Origin: Octopus vulgaris
Taxonomy: Eukaryota
Direction: 5' to 3'
NCBI GenBank assembly: GCA_951406725.2
Contig: OX597841.1
Location: 26,536,001-26,600,000, forward strand
DNA: 64,000 nt
Shown here: positions 57,215 to 64,000 of the stretch, one piece after another
Position numbering within the stretch: the stretch's first letter is position 1
How the letters are laid out: the number at the start of each line of letters is the position of its first letter
The notes under the pieces: generated by a model
The model's database searches: none
What the model was told of the DNA's origin: nothing
What the model saw: only the letters and a program-made list of their open reading frames with translations
Made by a program: the position numbers and the translations under genes

Positions 57215-57920
57215 GATGAGGGAGACCGCTGTATGGTAGCTAGAACCAGGTGAAATAGCAGCCAAATCTTCGTCACATGACACGTTTCTGTGTTTTATAT
57301 TTGTAAATGTATGTATGAGTCGATGAGAAAGACATCTATATGGTAGCTAAATCTGTTAGAAATAGCAGCCAAATCTTCGTGACATGACACCTTACTGTGT
57401 TATATTTGTAAATGTATGTATGAGTCGATGAGAAAGACATCTATATGGTAGCTAAATCTGTTAGAAATAGCAGCCAAATCTCTCTCAAATCATACCCCAT
57501 TGTTTTATGTATGTCTACATGTGTCAATGAGGGAGACATCTGTTTGGTAGCTAAATCAGTTAGAAATAGCAGCCAAATCTCCCTCAAATCATACCCCACT
57601 GTTTTATGTATGTATACATGTGTCAAGTAGGGAGACACTCTTTGGTAGCCAAATCAGTTAGAAATAGCAGCCAAATCTCTCTCAAATCACACCCCACTGT
57701 TTTATGTATGTATACATGTGTCAAGTAGGGAGACATCTGTTTGGTAGCTAAATCAGTTAGAAATAGCAGCCAAATCTCCCTCAAATCATACCCCACTGTT
57801 TTATGTATGTCTACATGTGTCAATGAGGGAGACATCTCTTTGGTAGCTAAATCAGTTAGAAATAGCAGCCAAATCTCTCTCAAATCACACTCCACTGTTT
57901 TATGTATGTATGAGCCAATG
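57215..57920 (+). repeat. Satellite E, ~7 units of 99-107 bp
   Basis: TGGTAGCTAAATC.GTTAGAAATAGCAGCCAAATCT repeated. Confidence 0.95.
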
Positions 57921-58004
57921 AGCGAACTGGCAGAAACATTAGCACGCTGGGCGAAATGCGTAGCCGTATATGTATATATATATATATATATAAAAATATA
58001 TATA

Positions 58005-58048
58005 ATTAAGTGCGAAACTGCGAGGACTTTCCAAACTCTGACTGATGA
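58005..58048 (+). ncRNA. 3' half of a diverged permuted-hammerhead motif
   Basis: TTAAGTGC-GAAA-CTGC-GAG-GA-CTTTCCAA-A-CTCTGA-CTGATGA; same spacing as the 3' half of 31908-31980 (-). Confidence 0.5.
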
Positions 58049-58249
58049 GGAAATCTACAGCGAATCACAAGGCTTTGGTCGGCCCAAGGCTATTGTAGAA
58101 GACACTTCCCTAAGGTTCCACGCAGTGGGACTGTATCCGGAACCATGTGGTTCGTAAGCAAGCTACTTACCACATAGCCATGCCTGCGCCTATAATATAT
58201 ATATATATATGCATAGTTATGTGTGTATATATATATATATATGCATAGT

Positions 58250-58291
<42 letters not shown>

Positions 58292-58317
58292 CATATATGC
58301 ATAGTTATGTATATATA

Positions 58318-58366
<49 letters not shown>

Positions 58367-58558
58367 CACATACATATATGCATAGTTATGTATATATATA
58401 TATATACATACGCATACATATATGCATAGTTATGTGTATATATATATATATATATATACATACACATACATATGTACATAGTTATGTATATATATATATA
58501 TACATACATATATGCATAGTTATGTATATATATATATATACATACATATATGCATAGT

Positions 58559-58600
<42 letters not shown>

Positions 58601-58637
58601 TGCATAATTATATATATACATATATATATATATACAT

Positions 58638-58686
<49 letters not shown>

Positions 58687-58813
58687 CGAATATGTATACG
58701 AACACACACACACACAATCACACACATATATGTATGTTCTTACCTATCTACGTTTGTGTATACGCGTACAGGTGTAGAACATGTCCTTAGTGCGCGTATA
58801 CATACCTACATAC

Positions 58814-58863
<50 letters not shown>

Positions 58864-59046
58864 GCCTGCGCATAACATCACCGTTACCTTTATTTATTTA
58901 TGCTGGGTTTTCGCTACCGATGTTGTCATAGATATCTCCAGATAGGCGCCTTTGGCTCTATCTACCATTCCCAGCCACTCTCTGCCCTCATCCTCACACC
59001 GCATCCTCTTACTCTGTCTCCTTCACCTTATCTTTCTCTTTCTCTT

Positions 59047-59083
<37 letters not shown>

Positions 59084-59549
59084 TCCTCATTTTCGGTTTC
59101 ACTTTTCGAGTCTTCTTATCACTCATTTCCCATACAGACAGAAGACTGACCCCCAGCTAAACTGTCCACAGAAGTTCTACGATAGGTCTGTCCTGATTGT
59201 ACTGCGAAGAGACAGAGAGAGAGGGGGGAGGAGAAAGCGAGAGACAGAGAGAGAGACAGAGAGAGAGACAGAGAGATTGAGAGAGAGACAGAGAGATTGA
59301 GAGAGAGACAGAGATTGAGAGAGAGACAGAGAGATTGAGAGAGAGACAGAGAGATTGAGAGAGAGACAGAGAGATTGAGAGAGAGACAGAGAGATTGAGA
59401 GAGAGAGAGTGTGTGTGTGTGTGTGTGTGTGTGTATTTGTATTTGATAAAGAGAAAGAAAATGTCTATGTTTGGACGTATGCGTTTGTTTGCCTCTATAT
59501 GTATGCATGCATGTATGTATGTATGTATGTATGTATGTATGTATGTATG

Positions 59550-59584
<35 letters not shown>

Positions 59585-59838
59585 ATGGGTGTGTGTATTT
59601 ATGAATGTATGTATTCATGTTTATGTGTATGTGTGTATATACATGCAAATATACAAATTGATAGACATAAGAGTACATTTCTACGTGATAGATACTCACG
59701 TGTGTGTGTGTGTGTGTGTGTGCATGTGTCTATATATGTATGTATATATATGTGTGTGTGTATATGTGTATATATATATCTGTGTACATGTATGTATATA
59801 TGTATATATATATGTTTATATATGAGTTTATATATATA

Positions 59839-59877
<39 letters not shown>

Positions 59878-60165
59878 GTATATTTATGTATGTCATATAT
59901 GTGTATAATACATATGTAATACAGAGATATGTGTATGTATATATATATATGTATATATATGTGTGTGTGTATGTATATATATATATATATATGCATGTAT
60001 ATGTGTATATATATATATATATATCTGTAATATATGTGTGTGTGCGTGCGTGTATGGAAAATCATGCATGAGATACATATATTCGGACCAGATTTTCAGA
60101 TTTCAATCAGACAGGTAATGCATATACGACCTCCAAACTCACACCCGCACCCACACATCTACATG

Positions 60166-60219
<54 letters not shown>

Positions 60220-60731
60220 ATCACATACCATCACACACACACACTCGCACACAAGAGCATTATATACGGTACAAGCCAAATCCCCGACAATACGCAGACG
60301 AGGAGGAGGAGGAGGAGAAGGAAGCGGAGGAGGAGGAGATCTGATGATGATGGTGCTTGTAGTGGTGGTGATGGTGGTAATGGTGGTAGATGTCGTGATG
60401 GTGTTGTTGGCGGAGGTTGTCGTGGTGGCGGTGAAAGGTATTACCGGTAATGTGAAAAATGTAGAGACCCGTTGATATTGTTGTTCCCGGGGAAACCTCG
60501 TGTAATGTACCCTTGTATCAAACATTTACCCAAAGACACTCCACCCATGAACGTCTTGATGTATGCATATCTTCATATGTTGAACCAATGCTGTCGTAGA
60601 CATTGTTTAGCACAACAGATTTGACTGCTATTTCCATATGTATATATATATATGCATATCAGAGAGTAGGGTTCTGGGTGAGATTTACCTGCTAATTCTA
60701 CCAGGTCTAGCTATCATGTAGAGGTCTCTCT

Positions 60732-60783
<52 letters not shown>

Positions 60784-61050
60784 ATATATAGTAAGGTGTA
60801 AATCGAGTAAGTTTTGACAACTATTTGTAGCAGATCTAGCTGTCATACTGAACTCTTCCTCCTCGGCAGAGTCATACGTAAGTCAGTAGGGTGCGAATTG
60901 AGGGAGACTGACTGCTATTTCTACCAGGACAACCTACCACGTAGAAGTCTCCCTCACCGGTTCATACATCTATACGCACACATAAGACCGTAGAGTGTAA
61001 GTTGAGGGAGAATAAGCTGCTGTTTCAAAAAGCTCTAACTGCCTTGTGGG

Positions 61051-61449
61051 ACACTTGTTTTCGGACAGATGCCTCATCAATGGCAGAAGTGGGGCGACCA
61101 GATCTGGGAGCTGTTTTCACAGAGTTCCGACCATGTTTGAATTCCCGATGCCAGCGTTTTACAAGGTCATATGATGGGGCATCATCACCATAAGTTACTT
61201 TCATTTCATCAAAAGTCTCCCGTGGTGTGCGTCATTTCAAATACAAAAACCGGATTACTGCTCGACACTCAACATGCTCCATTTCCCACTTGACTCATTT
61301 CAAACACCTGTAAATCAGAAACCACAATTAGTTCGGAGCTGTAATCCGCCACTTAATCTATAGAGATATCAATAATTGCACATGCAAAATTTCAGCTAGA
61401 TCAAACAAAGGCAAGTGGGTCAGAGGCATTACTTATTGAACACCCCTCG
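61051..61449 (-). mobile_element. Mariner left end with transposase N-terminus pseudogene
   Basis: TA-CGAGGGGTGTTCAATAAGTAA terminus; ATG at 61282 gives MEHVECRAVIRFLYLK*RTPRETFDEMKVTYGDDAPSYDLVKRWHREFKHGRNSVKTAPRSGRP. Confidence 0.9.
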
Positions 61450-61454
61450 TACAT

Positions 61455-61694
61455 AGCGGGTGTTGCTTGAAAGTCCCAAGCTGCAAAGATATTACAAAAT
61501 ATCCGGTTGGAGGTTCAAACTTGCCGAGTTCTTTTACAGGGTTTTGAAAAACTGAAGGACCGCTACAATATGAAGTACCATTGCAAAAACTGTATGAATT
61601 TAGAGGGGAATATGTTGGATAAAATCATAATTAACCGATCTTCCTGGATTTTCTTTTACCCCCAAACCAGGAACTTTTCCACGCCCCTTCGTAC
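61455..61694 (+). mobile_element. Mariner-derived MITE
   Basis: Ends CCAGGAACTTTTCCACGCCCCTTCG-TA; internal QGFEKLKDRY..CMNLEG remnant. Confidence 0.7.
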
Positions 61695-63746
61695 TTAAGA
61701 CAATAGGATGTAATTTGAGGGAGAAGTAACGGGTATTTCAACGACACCGAGATGTATTGAATTCTCCCTCATTGTCTCATACATACATATGTACGTAAGC
61801 GTAGGCCAGTAGGGTGTGATTTGAGGGAGATTAGGCTGCTATTTCTAACAGACCCATCTACCACCTAGAGGTCTCCCTCATAGGCTCATACATATATACA
61901 TAAGTGTAGGCCAGTAGAGTGTGATTTGAGGGAGATTAGGCTGCTATTTCTAACAGACCTATCTATCACATAGAGGTCTCCCTCATAGGCTCATACATAC
62001 ATATATACATAAGTGTAGGCCAGTAGAGTGTGATTTGACGGTGATTAGGCTGCTATTTCTAACAGGCCCATCTACCACCTAGAGGTCTCCCTCATAGGCT
62101 CATACATACATATATACATACAAAAGACCGTGGGATGTAATTTGAGAGAGATTAGACTGTTATTTCTAACAGGCCTCTCTACCACCTAGAGGTCTCCTTC
62201 ATAGGCTCATACATACACATTTCATACATAGGGCAATAGGGCAGAATTTGAGGGAGAATAGGCGGCTATTTCTATGAGACTTATCTATCATGTCGTGGTC
62301 TCCCTTATTAGCTCAGACGTACATATATACATACACAAGACAGTAGGGTGTGATTTGAGGGAGATTTAACTACTGTTTCTAACAGACCTATCTACCACAT
62401 AGAGCTGTCCCTCATTGGCTCATACATGCAATTATACGTACATAAGATTCTAGGGGGTGATTTGAGGGAGATTTAGCTGCTATTTCTATCAGATCTAATC
62501 ACCATACAGAAGTCTCCCTAATTGACTCATACGTACATATATACCTACATAAGACAGTAGGATGCGATTTGAGGGAGATTTGGCTACTATTTCTAACAAA
62601 CCTATCTACCACAGATGTCCTCTTCCTTGGCTCATACATACATATGTACGTACATAAGACAGTACGGTATAAATTGAGGGAGATTTATTTGCTATTTCTA
62701 CCAAGTCTAGATACCATGTAGAGGTCTCCCTCATTGGCTCATACATACATATATACATACATAAGACAGTAGGATGCGATTTGAGGTAGATTTGGCTGCT
62801 ATTTCTAACAAACCTATCTACCACAGATGTCCTCTTCCTTGGTTCATACATACATATGTATGTACATAAGACAGTACGGTATTAATTGAGGGAGATTTAG
62901 CTGCTGTTTCTACCAATTCTAGCTACCATGTAGAGGCCTCCCTCATTGGCTCATACATACATATATACATAAATAAGATAGTAGGATGCGATTTGAGGTA
63001 GATTTGGCTGCTATTTCTAACAAACCTATCTACCACAGATGTCCTCTTCCTTGGCTCATACATACATATGTATGTACATAAGACAGTACGGTATGAATTT
63101 AGGGAGATTTAGCTGCTGTTTCTACCAATTCTAGCTACCATGTAGAGGCCTCCCTCATTGGCTCATACATACATATATACATAAATAAGATAGTAGGATG
63201 CGATTTGAGGGAGATTTGGCTTCTATTTCTAACAAACCTATCTACCACAGATGTCCTCTGCCTTGGTTCATACATACATATGTACGTACATAAAACAGTA
63301 CGGTATGAATTTAGGGAGATTTAGCTGTTATTACTACCATCCCTAGCTACCATGTAGAGGTCATTTTCATTGTCTGTTCCTAAAGAAAGTGTATATAACT
63401 CCTGTCTCTCCGTATTATGTACCATTGCCTAGGTTTTCTTCGCTTTATTTTAATTATATATATATTTTTTTTAGGGAAAGGCGTCTGGAGGAACAAAAAA
63501 AAAAAGATTAGAAAATACACAGCATATAAACAAATATCTAAATATTTAGCAAATATACTATATTCATGTGTGTTTGTGTTTGTTTGTGTGTGTGTGTGTG
63601 TGTGTAGGAATGAATGGAGCATATCTGGGACCAAATGGAATTTTCTGGCACAATCTGCAACCAGTTCGGGAAGCTCTCCAACTGAAGGTCAAGCGAGGTC
63701 GCTGGCGATAGACATAGATAGATATGGAGAAAGATAGATAGAGATC

Positions 63747-63800
<54 letters not shown>

Positions 63801-64000
63801 TGGGGGGGGGAAGAAAGGGAGAGAGGGAAATCGAGAAATGAATAGACCGACGAAGACACACACACACACACATACACATACGTGCACATGGGGAAAGAGA
63901 GGGAGAGAGAACCGGATTTTCAAGACCTATAAAGAATTGTTGAATGTACGTACACTCTCCAAGGTGTACACATGCGCATTTTCACAGACATATGCAATGG

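Larger units (their letters stand above)
60590..63362 (-). repeat. Satellite E array (~106 bp monomer, distal ~212 bp dimers), interrupted by mariner pieces
   Basis: GATTTGAGGGAGATT.GGCTGCTATTTCTA repeated about 20 times. Confidence 0.95.

Noticed and set aside
57215-63362. Regularly spaced repeats resembling a CRISPR array (also 18250-18720)
   Set aside because: Intervening sequences are homologous to one another, there are no cas genes, and the context is eukaryotic satellite.

Overview
Eukaryotic, repeat-saturated, apparently gene-free DNA. The SINE families and the extreme (TA)n/(CA)n/(ATAC)n/(GAT)n load suggest an Octopus or other coleoid genome (inference). Nearly all long ORFs in the track are microsatellite artefacts. 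The only protein-like segments are decayed transposon fragments: Penelope GIY-YIG endonuclease (3), CR1-clade RT (3), RTE/BovB-like 3' ends (3), an R4/Dong-type RLE LINE and Tc1/mariner transposases (2). Also present are a non-autonomous Helitron, a piggyBac-like MITE, three tRNA-derived SINE families and a ~100-107 bp satellite. The main hidden signal is a set of short Penelope-pLTR-like elements, mostly ending in (TA)n, that carry hammerhead ribozyme (HHR) motifs. These include canonical minimal type I HHRs, two core variants with compensatory swaps of the 3-8 pair (U3-A8 and G3-C8), and a candidate non-circularly permuted, pseudoknotted hammerhead with a kink-turn at 31908-31980 (-), whose 3' half recurs in diverged form with identical spacing at 58005-58048 (+). 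All structures were read by eye and are untested. Repeat boundaries are approximate.
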